Below, in pieces: positions 1 to 10,279 of a stretch of 33,898 nucleotides of DNA. The stretch covers positions 29,919-63,816 of the forward strand of contig JBBDYA010000081.1 in the NCBI GenBank assembly GCA_040902005.1, given 5' to 3'. The DNA comes from Gemmatimonadaceae bacterium. Its GTDB lineage: Bacteria > Gemmatimonadota > Gemmatimonadetes > Gemmatimonadales > Gemmatimonadaceae. The notes beneath the pieces were generated by a model. It worked only from the letters and a program-made list of their open reading frames with translations, ran no database searches and had not been told where the DNA came from. Position numbers and translations under genes: made by a program. Numbering within the stretch: position 1 is the stretch's first letter; the number at the start of each line of letters is the position of its first letter.

Positions 1-1502
1 CCCCCCCCTACCCCCCCCTCCCAGCTGCCGTCCGCCGGCACGCGATCAGCGACCGTGCCCAGCTTCTCCAGCGAGGCGGTATGGCGGGCGGAGTCGCGAC
101 GTGCACGAACCGCGGCGACGCGACGTGCCTGCTCGGTCTCGAGGCGCGAGTAGTCGGGCGCCGGAATGTCCGGCACGGATGTGCCGTCGGTGAACTTGTT
201 CACGCCTACGATCACCGTGTCGCCTCGCTCCACGCTCTTCTGCTGGTCGTAGGCGCTCCGGGCGATCTCCTCCTGGAAGAACGAGGCGTCGATGGCCTTC
301 GCGGCGCCGCCGAGTTCGTCCACCCGTTGAAGCAGCTCCATCGCGCGCGCCTCGAGTTCGTTGGTGAGGTACTCCACGTAGTAGCTGCCCGCGAGCGGGT
401 CGGCGGTGCGGGCCACGCCGGATTCGTGCGCGATGATCTGCTGGGTGCGCAACGCAAGCGTGGCCGCCTGCTCCGAGGGAAGCGCCAGGGCTTCGTCATA
501 GCCGTTGGTGTGCAGCGACTGCGTGCCGCCCAGCACCGCGGACAGCGCCTGCACTGCCACCCGCACCACGTTGTTCAGCGGCTGCTGCGCCTGGAGGGTG
601 ACCCCCCCGGTCTGCGTATGGAAGCGCAGCCGGCAGCTGGCATCGCGCGCGCCAAAGCGCTCCTTCATCAGGCGCGCGTACATGCGGCGGGCGGCGCGGA
701 ACTTGGCTGCCTCCTCGAACAGGTCGTTGTGTGCGGCGAAGAAGAACGACAGCCGGGGCGCGAACGTGTCCACCGGCAGTCCCGCGTCCACCGCGCGGCG
801 CACATACTCCAGGGCGTTCGAGAAGGTGAAGGCCAGCTCCTGGGCCGCCGTGGCGCCCGCCTCACGCATGTGGTATCCCGAGATCGAGATGGGATTCCAG
901 CCTGGCATCTCGGCAATGCAGAACCGGACGGTGTCGGCGATGAGCGCGAGCGATGCGTCTGGCGGGTAGATGTACGTACCCCGCGCGACGTACTCCTTGA
1001 GGATGTCGTTCTGCGTGGTGCCGGCGAGCGCCGCGCGCGCGATCCCGCGCTCCTCGGCCACCACGATGTACATCGCGAGCAGCGTGGCCGCCGTCGCGTT
1101 GATCGTCATGGACGTCGAGACCCGGTCGAGCGGAATCGCGTCCAGCAGGGTGTGCATGTCGTCCACGGTGTCGATGGCGACACCCACGCGTCCCACCTCG
1201 CCCAGGGCGCGCGGATCGTCCGAGTCGATCCCCATCTGCGTGGGAAGATCGAACGCCACGGACAGCCCCGTCTGCCCCGCGTCCAGCAGCATGCGAAAGC
1301 GCTGGTTCGTCTCCTGCGCCGTGCCGAATCCGGCGTACTGCCGCATGGTCCAGAGCCGGCCGCGGTACATCGTGGACTGAATCCCCCGCGTGAAGGGGTA
1401 CTCTCCCGGATCACCCAAGTCGCGCGCGTAGTCGGGCGCGCCGTCCGCCGGCCCACACGTTGGCGCGACGGGGATGCCGGACGGCGAGCGCTGGTCTGTC
1501 AG
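1..1502 (-). CDS. Methylmalonyl-CoA mutase family, large (substrate-binding) subunit; 3' end beyond left edge of window
   Basis: Missing from the ORF track because there is no stop inside the window. Manual translation gives [14 protein letters not shown]...[33 protein letters not shown]..., plus [44 protein letters not shown] and RLSFFF, all MCM hallmarks. Start uncertain: CTG at 1502 overlapping the fbp stop, or ATG at 1370. Confidence 0.92.
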   Translation of the reverse strand, partial: MTDQRSPSGIPVAPTCGPADGAPDYARDLGDPGEYPFTRGIQSTMYRGRLWTMRQYAGFGTAQETNQRFRMLLDAGQTGLSVAFDLPTQMGIDSDDPRALGEVGRVGVAIDTVDDMHTLLDAIPLDRVSTSMTINATAATLLAMYIVVAEERGIARAALAGTTQNDILKEYVARGTYIYPPDASLALIADTVRFCIAEMPGWNPISISGYHMREAGATAAQELAFTFSNALEYVRRAVDAGLPVDTFAPRLSFFFAAHNDLFEEAAKFRAARRMYARLMKERFGARDASCRLRFHTQTGGVTLQAQQPLNNVVRVAVQALSAVLGGTQSLHTNGYDEALALPSEQAATLALRTQQIIAHESGVARTADPLAGSYYVEYLTNELEARAMELLQRVDELGGAAKAIDASFFQEEIARSAYDQQKSVERGDTVIVGVNKFTDGTSVPDIPAPDYSRLETEQARRVAAVRARRDSARHTASLEKLGTVADRVPADGSWEGGVGG

Positions 1503-2527
1503 GCGCCGACCAGTTCGGAGCGCGCCGAGAGCACGCGCGAGGCGAGGTCCACGTCGTTCTTCGAACCGATGTAGAGCGGTACGCGCTGGTGCAGCTCGGT
1601 GGGCACGATGTCCATCACGCGTTGCCGGCCGTCGATGGCCGCGCCGCCCGCCTGCTCCACGATGAACGCGAGCGGGTTGGCCTCGTACATCAGGCGCAGC
1701 TTGCCGCGCGGATTGCCAGTGTTCGCAGGATAGCAGAAGACGCCGCCGCCCAGGAGGTTGCGATGGAAGTCGGCGACCAGCGAGCCCACGTAGCGCACGT
1801 TGAGCGGAGCGCGGTCGCCCTCCAGGCCACGATAGCGCCGCATGAGCTGCTTCACGCGTGCCTCCCAGCCCTGCTCGTATGACTCGTTCACCGACAGGTA
1901 GCGGCCCGACGCGGGAATCCGGATGTTCGGATGCGACAGGAGGAACTCGCCAATGGACGGATCGAGCGTGAAGCCGTGCACGCCCTGACCCGTGGTGTAC
2001 ACCATCATCGTGCTGGAGCCGTAGATCACGTAGCCCGCGGCCACCTGGCCCGTGCCCGGCTGGAGAAAATCCTCCAGGACCGCGTTCTTCCCCTTGGTGA
2101 ACTTCTGCACGATGGAGAAGATCGTGCCCACGGGCACGTTCACGTCGATGTTGGACGAGCCGTCGAGGGGGTCGAACATCAGGCAGTACTTGCCGCACCG
2201 GAATTTCTCCGGGATCATGATGATCCCCGCTTCTTCCTCGGAGGCCATGCCGCACAGGCGACCGGTGTGGTCCATCGCCTTGATGATGGTCTCGTTGGCG
2301 AAGACGTCGAGCTTCTGCTGCATCTCGCCCTGCACGTTTTTTTCGCCGTGCGCGCCGAGGATGTCCACGAGCCCCGCGCTGCGGACCTTGTTGGTGATCA
2401 TCTTGGCGGCCAGGGCCATGTCGTAGAGGATGCCGGAGAGCTGGCCCGTGGCTTCCGGGTGCAGGCGCTCCTCCTCGATGATGAACCGCTCTATGGTGAC
2501 GACGGACGTGGCTTTGTTCTGAAGCAC
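1499..2527 (-). CDS. fbp: Class 1 fructose-1,6-bisphosphatase
   Basis: Motifs [41 protein letters not shown] and [11 protein letters not shown]. Start placed at GTG 2527 ([15 protein letters not shown]); the ORF track extends to 2587. Confidence 0.96.
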   Translation of the reverse strand: MLQNKATSVVTIERFIIEEERLHPEATGQLSGILYDMALAAKMITNKVRSAGLVDILGAHGEKNVQGEMQQKLDVFANETIIKAMDHTGRLCGMASEEEAGIIMIPEKFRCGKYCLMFDPLDGSSNIDVNVPVGTIFSIVQKFTKGKNAVLEDFLQPGTGQVAAGYVIYGSSTMMVYTTGQGVHGFTLDPSIGEFLLSHPNIRIPASGRYLSVNESYEQGWEARVKQLMRRYRGLEGDRAPLNVRYVGSLVADFHRNLLGGGVFCYPANTGNPRGKLRLMYEANPLAFIVEQAGGAAIDGRQRVMDIVPTELHQRVPLYIGSKNDVDLASRVLSARSELVGA

Positions 2528-2593
2528 GACGGCTGGCTCGACGGAAAAGTCGAGGGAAAGGTGGCCCCCGCGACGAGGTATGTGCAAGTGGCG

Positions 2594-4789
2594 TCAGGGT
2601 TTCACGGACCAGCGCTCGCCCGCCGCCTCGACCTCGAGACGCTCCCCGTCCGTGCGGACGACGATCGTGCCGTGCAGATCGGTGCGCAACGCCACCGCGC
2701 CGTGCGCCGCGAGCGATCGCATGACATCGGGACTCGGGTGCCGGTACATGTTGCCGGCCCCCACGGAGACCAGCGCGACCCGGGGGCGGACGGCCGCGAG
2801 GAACTCGGCCGTGCTGCTCGTGCGGCTGCCATGGTGCGCGACCTTGAGGACGTCGGCGCGCAGCAGCGACGACTGGTGCGCCAGCAGCCAGCGCTCCTCC
2901 TGCTCCTCGGCGTCGCCGGTGAGCAGGAACGCGACACGCCCCACGCGCACGCGCGCCACCGTGCTGGCGTCATTCGGATCGCGCAGCGCCTCGGCCCACG
3001 CGGAATCCGGGGCCAGGAAGGTGACGGTCACCTCGTCCACCACCAGCGAGTCGGCGGGCCGCACGCGCCTCCACTGCGTGCGCTGCGTGCGAGCCATCTC
3101 CAGCGACCGGCGATACGATTCGCTGGTGCCCGCATATCCGGGGTCGTAGTACCAGGCGGGGCGCAGCGCGGCGAGCGTGCTCGCGGCGCCGCCAACGTGA
3201 TCCGCGTGCGGGTGGGACAGCACGAACGCCGTGAGTGCACCGCCGCGACGCGCGAGATACGGCACGATCTGTCGGCGCCCTTCATCGCCACCGTCCCACT
3301 CGCGGCCCGCGTCGACGAGCAGCCAGCGCCCGCGCATGGTGCGGATCGCGATCGCGTCGCCCTGCCCCACGTCCAGCATGTGCACTTCCGTGAAGGCGGA
3401 TCGTCCCGGCACCAGCGGACGCCAGGCGATGAGCGCCATGCACAGTGTTGCCGCGACGAGCGCGCGCGCCGGGAACCGGCTGACCATGGCGATCACGCAC
3501 GCCGCGCCCGCGGCACACGCCAGTGCCGTCGTGGTCGGGTCCGTGCGCACGGTGAGCGACGCGCCCGGGAGCCGCGCGGCGTGCGACGCGACCAGATCCA
3601 GTCCTGCGAGCAGCGGCGTGCATGCATCGGCCACGAACTGCGACAGTGGAGCAACCGGCTGCAGGATCGCGGCGAGAAAGAGCATGGGCTGGAGCACCGC
3701 CATCAGCGGCGCGGCGGCCAGATTGCTGACGGGCGCCACGAGACTCACGGTGCCGAAGGTGGCCGCCACGAGCGGCGCCGTGAGCAGAGTGGCGGCAGTC
3801 GAGACCACCAGCGCGCGCACCAGCACGGGACGCCAGTGCCGGCCGCTCACCGCGGGCCAGCGCTTGTTGAGCGCGCCGGCGGCGACGAGCGCCGCCATGC
3901 CGACGATGCTGAGCTGGTAGCCGAGATCCAGCACCGACCGCGGATCCACCAGCGCGAGCCCTCCGCCGACCGCCAGCGCCGCCCACGCCGACGTGGGACG
4001 CTGCGTCGCCCGGCTCAGCGAGTACACGCCGAGCATCGCGGCCGCGCGGACCGCGGGCAAGGGCGCGCCGATCACGAGCACGTAGAGAGTCGTCACGCCG
4101 GCGATGAAGGCGTCGGCGCGCCGGGCGCCCATGCCCAGTACCTGCGCCAGCAGCATCACGGCGGCGGCGATCAGTCCCACGTGCAGCCCCGACACCGAGA
4201 GCAGGTGCGCCAGGCCGGCGGAGGCAAACCGCTCGCGCACGGTGGGCGACAGGTCGTGCCGATCCGCGATGAGGAGCGCGCGCACCAGCGGGGCGTGAAC
4301 GCCGAACCGCGCGTCGATGCCGCGCCCGATGGCCGCCCGCCAACGAGGAAGCACACGGGGCGAGCCCGCCGCGGCGACCGTGGCGTTCGTAACGAGCACC
4401 CCCCAGCGGCCCGGCGTCGGCTCGCCGGTCACGCGCACCGGCGCGCCTGCCGGCGCGCTCCCCTCCCGCACCGAGAGGCGAACCACCACGCCGCAATCGT
4501 GGCGCGCGGGGATGAACGTGCCGGGCGCGGCCTCGAGCGCGAGCGTCAACTCGAACGCGCGGCTCGCCAGCAGCGACTCCACGCATGCCTCGTCCGCGGC
4601 GCGCGTTCCCGTCGCGACCGCGCCCCCGGCCACGGCGAGCGCGGAAAGCGCCATCCGGTCGCGCGGCGCGCGGGCACCGCCGTACCAGATGACCAGCATC
4701 GCGGCGGCGCCCGTCCACATCACGGCGCCGCCGAATCCGGTGAGCAGTCCGGCGGCATACGCCAGCACGGCGGCGGTGACAAGGGGCAT
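2594..4789 (-). CDS. comEC: DNA internalization competence protein ComEC/Rec2
   Basis: Competence domain [14 protein letters not shown], multiple TM helices, and a C-terminal metallo-beta-lactamase domain ([35 protein letters not shown]). Confidence 0.95.
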   Translation of the reverse strand: MPLVTAAVLAYAAGLLTGFGGAVMWTGAAAMLVIWYGGARAPRDRMALSALAVAGGAVATGTRAADEACVESLLASRAFELTLALEAAPGTFIPARHDCGVVVRLSVREGSAPAGAPVRVTGEPTPGRWGVLVTNATVAAAGSPRVLPRWRAAIGRGIDARFGVHAPLVRALLIADRHDLSPTVRERFASAGLAHLLSVSGLHVGLIAAAVMLLAQVLGMGARRADAFIAGVTTLYVLVIGAPLPAVRAAAMLGVYSLSRATQRPTSAWAALAVGGGLALVDPRSVLDLGYQLSIVGMAALVAAGALNKRWPAVSGRHWRPVLVRALVVSTAATLLTAPLVAATFGTVSLVAPVSNLAAAPLMAVLQPMLFLAAILQPVAPLSQFVADACTPLLAGLDLVASHAARLPGASLTVRTDPTTTALACAAGAACVIAMVSRFPARALVAATLCMALIAWRPLVPGRSAFTEVHMLDVGQGDAIAIRTMRGRWLLVDAGREWDGGDEGRRQIVPYLARRGGALTAFVLSHPHADHVGGAASTLAALRPAWYYDPGYAGTSESYRRSLEMARTQRTQWRRVRPADSLVVDEVTVTFLAPDSAWAEALRDPNDASTVARVRVGRVAFLLTGDAEEQEERWLLAHQSSLLRADVLKVAHHGSRTSSTAEFLAAVRPRVALVSVGAGNMYRHPSPDVMRSLAAHGAVALRTDLHGTIVVRTDGERLEVEAAGERWSVKP

Positions 4790-4890
4790 CGGCGCTCACG
4801 ATGCATCTCCACCGCCGGGATTACGGCATCATTCCGTTGCGAGTGGCGACAAACGAACGCGCACAGGTGCCCCCCCCGTGGCGCGGAACC

Positions 4891-5589
4891 TCAGGGCGCG
4901 ACGATGGCGATGCGCCAGTCCACCTGCGTGAAACGGGATACCCGGAGTGAATACGACACGTTCCGTTCCGTGCTGCTCATTTCGCGGTAGGTCACGAGCA
5001 GCGTGTCGCCCACGGGCGCCCGAAGCCAGTGCCACGGCAGCTCCACGAGTCCTGCCCCGGCTCCCCTGCCGTTTGCACTGACCACATGCGCGTTATCCTG
5101 ACGGCGCACGTCTACCACCCATGAGTCCACCGGCATGTCGCCGGTGTTCTTCTCCGGAAGCGCGAGCTGCAGGTCGTCTCCTTCTGCGAGATCGCGGGCC
5201 GCCGAGTCGGTTCGCCTGGACAACGGGATTGTCATTACGGGCTCCAACGGCAGACCGGCGACCACCGGACTGCGGACCGCCACGGTCATCGGGGCCACCG
5301 CCGAGACGTGCTGCCAGGAATACCGCAGGTTGCCGGACGCCGGCAGGATGCTCGGCTGGACCACGGTGCCCGCAACGACGAGGGTGGAATCCGTGATCTG
5401 CCGCGACCGTCCCTCCGCGTCCGTGCCGCTGCTGAAGAACGCATCCAGCAGGAGCGTGGTCTCGTCACGGTGATGCACCACCACGCTGATGACCAACTCG
5501 GGCGGGACGTCGGCGGGTGGACTGACGAACTCGAGTCCGGAGCACGAGACCGTCGAGGCCAGCACCAGCGCCCGCGCGACCGCTCTCAT
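4891..5589 (-). CDS. Hypothetical lipoprotein, beta-rich (232 aa)
   Basis: ATG at 5589 overlaps the upstream stop (ATGA). N-terminus MRAVARALVLASTVSC resembles a lipoprotein signal. No family recognised. Confidence 0.6.
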   Translation of the reverse strand: MRAVARALVLASTVSCSGLEFVSPPADVPPELVISVVVHHRDETTLLLDAFFSSGTDAEGRSRQITDSTLVVAGTVVQPSILPASGNLRYSWQHVSAVAPMTVAVRSPVVAGLPLEPVMTIPLSRRTDSAARDLAEGDDLQLALPEKNTGDMPVDSWVVDVRRQDNAHVVSANGRGAGAGLVELPWHWLRAPVGDTLLVTYREMSSTERNVSYSLRVSRFTQVDWRIAIVAP

Positions 5590-6434
5590 CTGCGCTCCAG
5601 CAGTGATGCTTCGGCTTCCTTCAGGAGGCGCGTTCCCCGGCGTCCCACAAGCTCGTGCTCGAGGATGAACAGGCCGGGCGCGCCGATCCCCAACTCGAGC
5701 CATGCCGGAATTCGGTCACCGAACGGCAGGCGCGAGCGAACGGCATCCTCGATGGGGCGTCCCCACACTTCCTGCGCGAACCAGCTCTGGTGCACGTGCA
5801 CGATCTCATGTCTCGCGGTGGCTGGCGCGTCGAGGGCGAATTCGCTGATGATCGCCACAGGCCCGACCGCCACCCCGTGGACGCGCGAGTCGTCGAACAT
5901 GATGTGCTTCTCGTCGGTCACGAAGACCATGGTGCCGCTCGCGGTCGTTTGCGCCCAGTCCACTCGCACGTCGTCGTGCAGCGCATACTGCGCCACGCTG
6001 ATCGCCTCGTACGCGTTGAGGACCACACGAACCCGCCGCTCCGCGCCCGGCGTCACGCGGAACCGCAACCCGGGCAGCGGCACGGTCACCTCGGCCAGTG
6101 GGCTCACGCCACGGCCCGCGTTGGAGACGACGGACGTGCCGGTCCCGGCGATCGCGAGCCCCGCCCACCCCAGCCCCGGCCCCGCCTGCACGGCGACGTA
6201 CTTGCCGGCGAGGTGCACGGCACCGCCCAGTGAACCGATCGCAAAAGCGCGCAGCGGGTCGGCGCCGGTGAAGAACGCGCGCACCATCGCGGTCGCGCCG
6301 CCCAGCAGGACATTGACCCCAAGCACCTCCGCGCCCGTGGCGGGCCGCTTGTGTGGCGCGACGTACTGCGCCCGCGCGGAGGCCGATGCGAGCGACAGGA
6401 GCGCCGCGGCGGACAGCACGGCCCGCGTCGTCAC
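5586..6434 (-). CDS. Exported/membrane hypothetical protein with HExxH (HEIVH) zincin-like motif
   Basis: GTG at 6434 gives signal peptide VTTRAVLSAAALLSLASASARA-Q, then Gly-rich hydrophobic segments, TARHEIVHVHQ and a late LKEAEA. The ORF-track extension to 7034 overlaps miaB and is not credible. Confidence 0.65.
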   Translation of the reverse strand: MTTRAVLSAAALLSLASASARAQYVAPHKRPATGAEVLGVNVLLGGATAMVRAFFTGADPLRAFAIGSLGGAVHLAGKYVAVQAGPGLGWAGLAIAGTGTSVVSNAGRGVSPLAEVTVPLPGLRFRVTPGAERRVRVVLNAYEAISVAQYALHDDVRVDWAQTTASGTMVFVTDEKHIMFDDSRVHGVAVGPVAIISEFALDAPATARHEIVHVHQSWFAQEVWGRPIEDAVRSRLPFGDRIPAWLELGIGAPGLFILEHELVGRRGTRLLKEAEASLLERR

Positions 6435-6448
6435 GTGCAACGAATCGC

Positions 6449-7792
6449 CTAGACGGCGAGCGGCAGGGCCGCCCGCTCGCGCACGAAGGCTCCGGTGAAC
6501 GTCGAACCGGTCGTCCCGGTGAGCTCCACGGTGTGATAGCTCCCGATCATCGAGGGATCTCCCGGCACGAGCACCGTCCGGAAATCGCGCGTGCGCGCCT
6601 GAAGCAGATCGCCCCCGCGGCGTGCTTCGCGCTCGATGAGCACCTCGCAGGTGCGGCCGAGCAGCGCGAGGTTCTGCGCGCGCGCGCCGGATTTCACCGC
6701 GTCCACCAGCCGCTCCATGCGCGCGGCCGCCACCTCGTCGCCGACCGTCCAGGCCGCGGGCATCCGTTCCGCAGGCGTGCCTTCGCGCATGGAAAACTTG
6801 AACGTGAAGGCGTCCGCGAACCCGATCTCCCGCACCGCGCTCAGCGTGTCCTCGAAGTCGGCGTCGGTCTCCCCCGGGAATCCGACGATGATATCGGTGG
6901 TGACGCTCACCCCCGGAATGGCGGCGCGCAGGCGCTCGACGCACGCAAAGTACTCCTCCCGTGAGTACCGGCGCAGCATCCGCTTGAGCACCGTCGAGCT
7001 GCCGGACTGCATGGGCAGGTGCACGTGCTCGCACACCGCAGGCACCTCCGCCATCGCCCGGATCACGCGATCGCTGAAGTCATTGGGGTGCGGACTGGTG
7101 AACCGCACGCGACGCACACTGGGTACTGCACCGACCGCGCGCAACAGATCCGCAAAATCGTGCTCGCCGTCGTTGTACGAGTTCACGGTCTGGCCCAGGA
7201 GCACCACTTCGCCCATGCCGTCGGCCACCGTTTGGCGGGTTTCCCGCACCACGTCGGCCAGCTTGCGACTGCGCTCCGATCCGCGCGTATACGGCACGAT
7301 GCAGTACGTGCAGCGGTAGTCGCAGCCGCGCTGCACGGGAATCCACGCCTTCACCCGGTCGAATCGGCGCGGCGTGAAGTCCTCGTAATGTTCCTCCAGA
7401 TCGAAGCTCGTGGAAATCGCGCGCTCGCCCCGGCGCGCACCCTCCACCAGCGCAGGCAGCGCGCGATAGCCGTCCGGCCCGATGACGAGACTCACGTGCT
7501 TCGCCTGCTGGAGCAGGCGCGGGCCAAGCCGCTGCGCCATGCACCCTGTCACCCCCATGATACTGTCCTTCTTCATGTGGCGTTTCAGTTCGCCCAGCCG
7601 CCCGATCACCCGCTGCTCGGCGTGCTCGCGGATGGCGCACGTGTTCACGAGGATGACGTCCGCCCCCTCCGGCCCCTCCACCGCCACGTAGCCTTCAGCG
7701 GTGAGCTTGCCGAGCATCAACTCGGAGTCACTCACGTTCATCTGGCAGCCGTACGTTTCGATGTAGACGGTCGGCGCGATCGGGCGGGTCAC
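6449..7792 (-). CDS. miaB: tRNA (N6-isopentenyl adenosine(37)-C2)-methylthiotransferase MiaB
   Basis: UPF0004 N-terminus (YIETYGCQMNVSDSE, NTCAIRE, GCMAQ), radical SAM CDYRCTYC, RFTSPHP, HLPMQSGS and C-terminal TRAM; AAGGAG RBS before the GTG. Confidence 0.96.
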   Translation of the reverse strand: MTRPIAPTVYIETYGCQMNVSDSELMLGKLTAEGYVAVEGPEGADVILVNTCAIREHAEQRVIGRLGELKRHMKKDSIMGVTGCMAQRLGPRLLQQAKHVSLVIGPDGYRALPALVEGARRGERAISTSFDLEEHYEDFTPRRFDRVKAWIPVQRGCDYRCTYCIVPYTRGSERSRKLADVVRETRQTVADGMGEVVLLGQTVNSYNDGEHDFADLLRAVGAVPSVRRVRFTSPHPNDFSDRVIRAMAEVPAVCEHVHLPMQSGSSTVLKRMLRRYSREEYFACVERLRAAIPGVSVTTDIIVGFPGETDADFEDTLSAVREIGFADAFTFKFSMREGTPAERMPAAWTVGDEVAAARMERLVDAVKSGARAQNLALLGRTCEVLIEREARRGGDLLQARTRDFRTVLVPGDPSMIGSYHTVELTGTTGSTFTGAFVRERAALPLAV

Positions 7793-7832
7793 GGGCTCCT
7801 TCGGTCCAGCGTCAGCGGGCGTCGTCAGTCGT

Positions 7833-9062
7833 TCAGTATAACACCAGCGCGCCGCCGTCCGCGCGGAGCGTGCCCTCGAAGCGCTCGCCCCGGGGTCGCG
7901 CCCGGGCCATGGGGACCGTGAGGTAGTCCTCGGTCATCGCCTCGCGCCCGGGAGCCGCCGAAATCACGATCGCATCAGCCCGGGACCCGGCGCGGGCTGC
8001 CCGGTACGCCGCGCCTTTCCGGTCGGCGAGCGCGCGCAGGGCAAGGGACCGGTCGCGCGCCTCGGACGCGTTCACGGCTTCCGGCAGACGTGTCGCGGCC
8101 GTGCCGGGGCGCGCCGAGAACGTGAAAACGTGCAGGTACGTGAAGGGCAGGCGCTGGACGAGCAGTTCGGTGGCCACGAAGTCCTCGGCGGTTTCGCCGG
8201 GAAAGCCGACGATAACGTCGGCGCCCAGTCCGAACACCGGCAGACGCGCCGCCAGCCGCTCGACCGCGCGCGCATAGCGCTCCGCCGTATACCAGTGCCG
8301 TCCCATGCGACGCAACACGCGATCCGACCCGGACTGGAGCGGCGCGTGGAGATGCGGTGCGAGCCGCGCGGAGCCGGCCCCGAGCAGCGCGGCCAGCCGA
8401 TCGTCGACCTCGGTCGCTTCCACGGACGAGAGCCGGAAGCGCGGCGCCGGCACGTCGCGCAGCAGGCGCTCCACCAGCGCGCCCAGCGACGACCCGATGT
8501 CGGCGCCCCAGGTGCCGATGTGGGTGCCGGTCAGCACGATCTCCGGATGCCATTCGGACAGTCGCGCGGCCTCGCGCACCAGGTCCTCCACCGGCCGGCT
8601 GCGATTCGCCCCGCGCGCCATGGTCGTCGCGCAGAAGGTACAGTGCTCGTCACAGCCATCCTGGATGCGCAGCACGGCGCGCACGGACGCCTGGCGGGCG
8701 GTGCCGTGCTCCGCGCTGGCAGGGAGGCCCAGCGCGTCCGCGATGCCGCGTTCGTCCGCCCCCGCCACCAGGTGCGAGACGGTAGGCAGGGCACGCAACG
8801 CTTCCGCGTTGTGCGGCAGGGCGCTGGCGCACCCCATGACAACGCTGCGCACCCGCGGGTTCCGTCCGGCGGCGCGGCGCACCGCCCTGCGCAGATCCCG
8901 CTCCGCCTCGGCGGTCACCGCGCACGAGTTGAAGACGACGACGTCGGCATCAGTGACATCCTCGACGATCTCGTAGCCGGCGCTCCGCGCGCGCGCGCGC
9001 ACCGCTTCGCTGTCATAGTGGTTCGCGCGGCAGCCGAAGGTTCGCAGGTGCAGGCGCATCAC
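7833..9062 (-). CDS. mtaB: MtaB-like radical SAM methylthiotransferase
   Basis: MRLHLRTFGCRANHYDSE, FNSCAVT, MGCA, IQDGCDEHCTFC, EIVLTG, RLSSVE, HLHAPLQSGSD and YLHVFTFSARPGT. Start GTG 9062 (GTGA overlap with upstream stop) or ATG 9059; the ORF-track extension to 10064 is spurious. Confidence 0.88.
   Translation of the reverse strand: MMRLHLRTFGCRANHYDSEAVRARARSAGYEIVEDVTDADVVVFNSCAVTAEAERDLRRAVRRAAGRNPRVRSVVMGCASALPHNAEALRALPTVSHLVAGADERGIADALGLPASAEHGTARQASVRAVLRIQDGCDEHCTFCATTMARGANRSRPVEDLVREAARLSEWHPEIVLTGTHIGTWGADIGSSLGALVERLLRDVPAPRFRLSSVEATEVDDRLAALLGAGSARLAPHLHAPLQSGSDRVLRRMGRHWYTAERYARAVERLAARLPVFGLGADVIVGFPGETAEDFVATELLVQRLPFTYLHVFTFSARPGTAATRLPEAVNASEARDRSLALRALADRKGAAYRAARAGSRADAIVISAAPGREAMTEDYLTVPMARARPRGERFEGTLRADGGALVLY
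7835..7843 (-). promoter_or_regulatory. Putative extended -10 promoter (TGTTATACT) for miaB, overlapping the end of mtaB
   Basis: Minus strand reads TG-T-TATACT about 43 nt upstream of the miaB start; an AT-rich match in high-GC context. Confidence 0.5.
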
Positions 9063-10279
9063 GGGCGCTCCTTCGCCTTCGACGGGCCCTCGGCGCTCAC
9101 CGGCACCACGCTGGCGGGCGGCGTCTCGGGGAGCGCGAAGTGGAACGAGCTTCCCCCCCCCTCTCCCACGCTCTGGACCCAGATGCGCCCGCCGTGCGAT
9201 TCCACGACGAGCTTGCAGAACGCCAGACCCAAGCCGGAGCTCCGCACGCGCGGCATGTGCGGTGTTTTGACCTGCTCGAACTTGCGGAAGATGATTTCCT
9301 GATACTCGGACGGGATGCCCGGCCCGTTGTCGGTCACGGTGAAGAGCACGCCCGTGGCATCCCGACGCACGGAGAGCTGGATGATGACCGCGTGGGGCGA
9401 GTGCGTGAGCGCGTTTTGAATGAGGTTGCCGATCACGCGCCGGATCAGCTGGCGGTCGGCGTGAAACACCGGCGCGTCGTCGGACACGTCGATCGTCGCC
9501 GTCGCGCCGTCCTGCTGGAACCGGTGCGCCCACTCGTGGGTGATCTCGGTGAGCAGCGCGCCGGGCGCGATCGGCTCGAGATTGAGCGTCAGCGCGGCTT
9601 CCTCGATGCGCCGCACCTCCAGCAGGTCCTCGATGAGACTGAGCAGGTCTTCGGCCTTGCTTTCGGCGTCGCCCAGCGCAGTGCGCTGCCTCGGCGCGAG
9701 CTGGCCGAAATCGCCGTCCATGAGCATCTCGATGGTCGCCAGCACCGAGGTGAGCGGCGACTTGAGGTCGTGCACGATCATCTTCATGAGATCGTCGCGC
9801 AGCTTTTCCAGCTCCTTCATCTTGCGGGCGCTTTCGTCCAGCGCGTCCGTGGCGGCCTTGAGCTTGAGCAACGACCGCACCCGGGCTCCGAGCACGAGCC
9901 GGTTGTGCGGCTTCGTGAGGAAGTCGTCGCCACCCGCCTCGATGGCCTTCACGCGGTCGGTGGTGTCGTTCAGTGCCGTCACGAAGATCACGGGAATGCG
10001 GCTCACCCGCGCATCGCGTTTGATGCGCCGGCACACCTCGAACCCCGTGTTCCGGTCGTCGCATCCCAGATCGCCCGCCGGCATGGACACGTCGAGGATG
10101 CAGAGGTCCGGGCGGTGCTCGAAGCAGGCGGCGAGGGCGTGGGGGCCATCCGACGCCGCGATCGCGCGGAATCCAAGGACGTGCAGCTGGTCGAACAGCA
10201 GTTCCACGTTCGCGGGCACGTCGTCCGCGACGAGAATCAGGGGGGCGTCAGCGGGTGGCTGGGTGAGCTCCACTGGCAC
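9059..10279 (-). CDS. Cytoplasmic receiver-histidine kinase hybrid (REC-HisKA-HATPase)
   Basis: Receiver ILVADD...LDVSMP...VTA...KP, H-box IVHDLKSPL, N-box NLIQNA, G1 DNGPGI, G2 GLGLAFC; no TM segment. Confidence 0.93.
   Translation of the reverse strand: MPVELTQPPADAPLILVADDVPANVELLFDQLHVLGFRAIAASDGPHALAACFEHRPDLCILDVSMPAGDLGCDDRNTGFEVCRRIKRDARVSRIPVIFVTALNDTTDRVKAIEAGGDDFLTKPHNRLVLGARVRSLLKLKAATDALDESARKMKELEKLRDDLMKMIVHDLKSPLTSVLATIEMLMDGDFGQLAPRQRTALGDAESKAEDLLSLIEDLLEVRRIEEAALTLNLEPIAPGALLTEITHEWAHRFQQDGATATIDVSDDAPVFHADRQLIRRVIGNLIQNALTHSPHAVIIQLSVRRDATGVLFTVTDNGPGIPSEYQEIIFRKFEQVKTPHMPRVRSSGLGLAFCKLVVESHGGRIWVQSVGEGGGSSFHFALPETPPASVVPVSAEGPSKAKERP

Noticed and set aside
81..4990. Long plus-strand ORFs (497 aa at 81, 1019 aa at 1931) and similar ones elsewhere (19021, 21857, 22975, 16424)
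   Set aside because: Antisense shadows of real minus-strand genes, expected at high GC; Arg/Ala/His-rich with no motifs.
7833..10064. 743-aa fusion-like ORF ending in MtaB
   Set aside because: The N-terminal part is an alternative frame of the REC-HK gene; MtaB motifs begin at 9062/9059.
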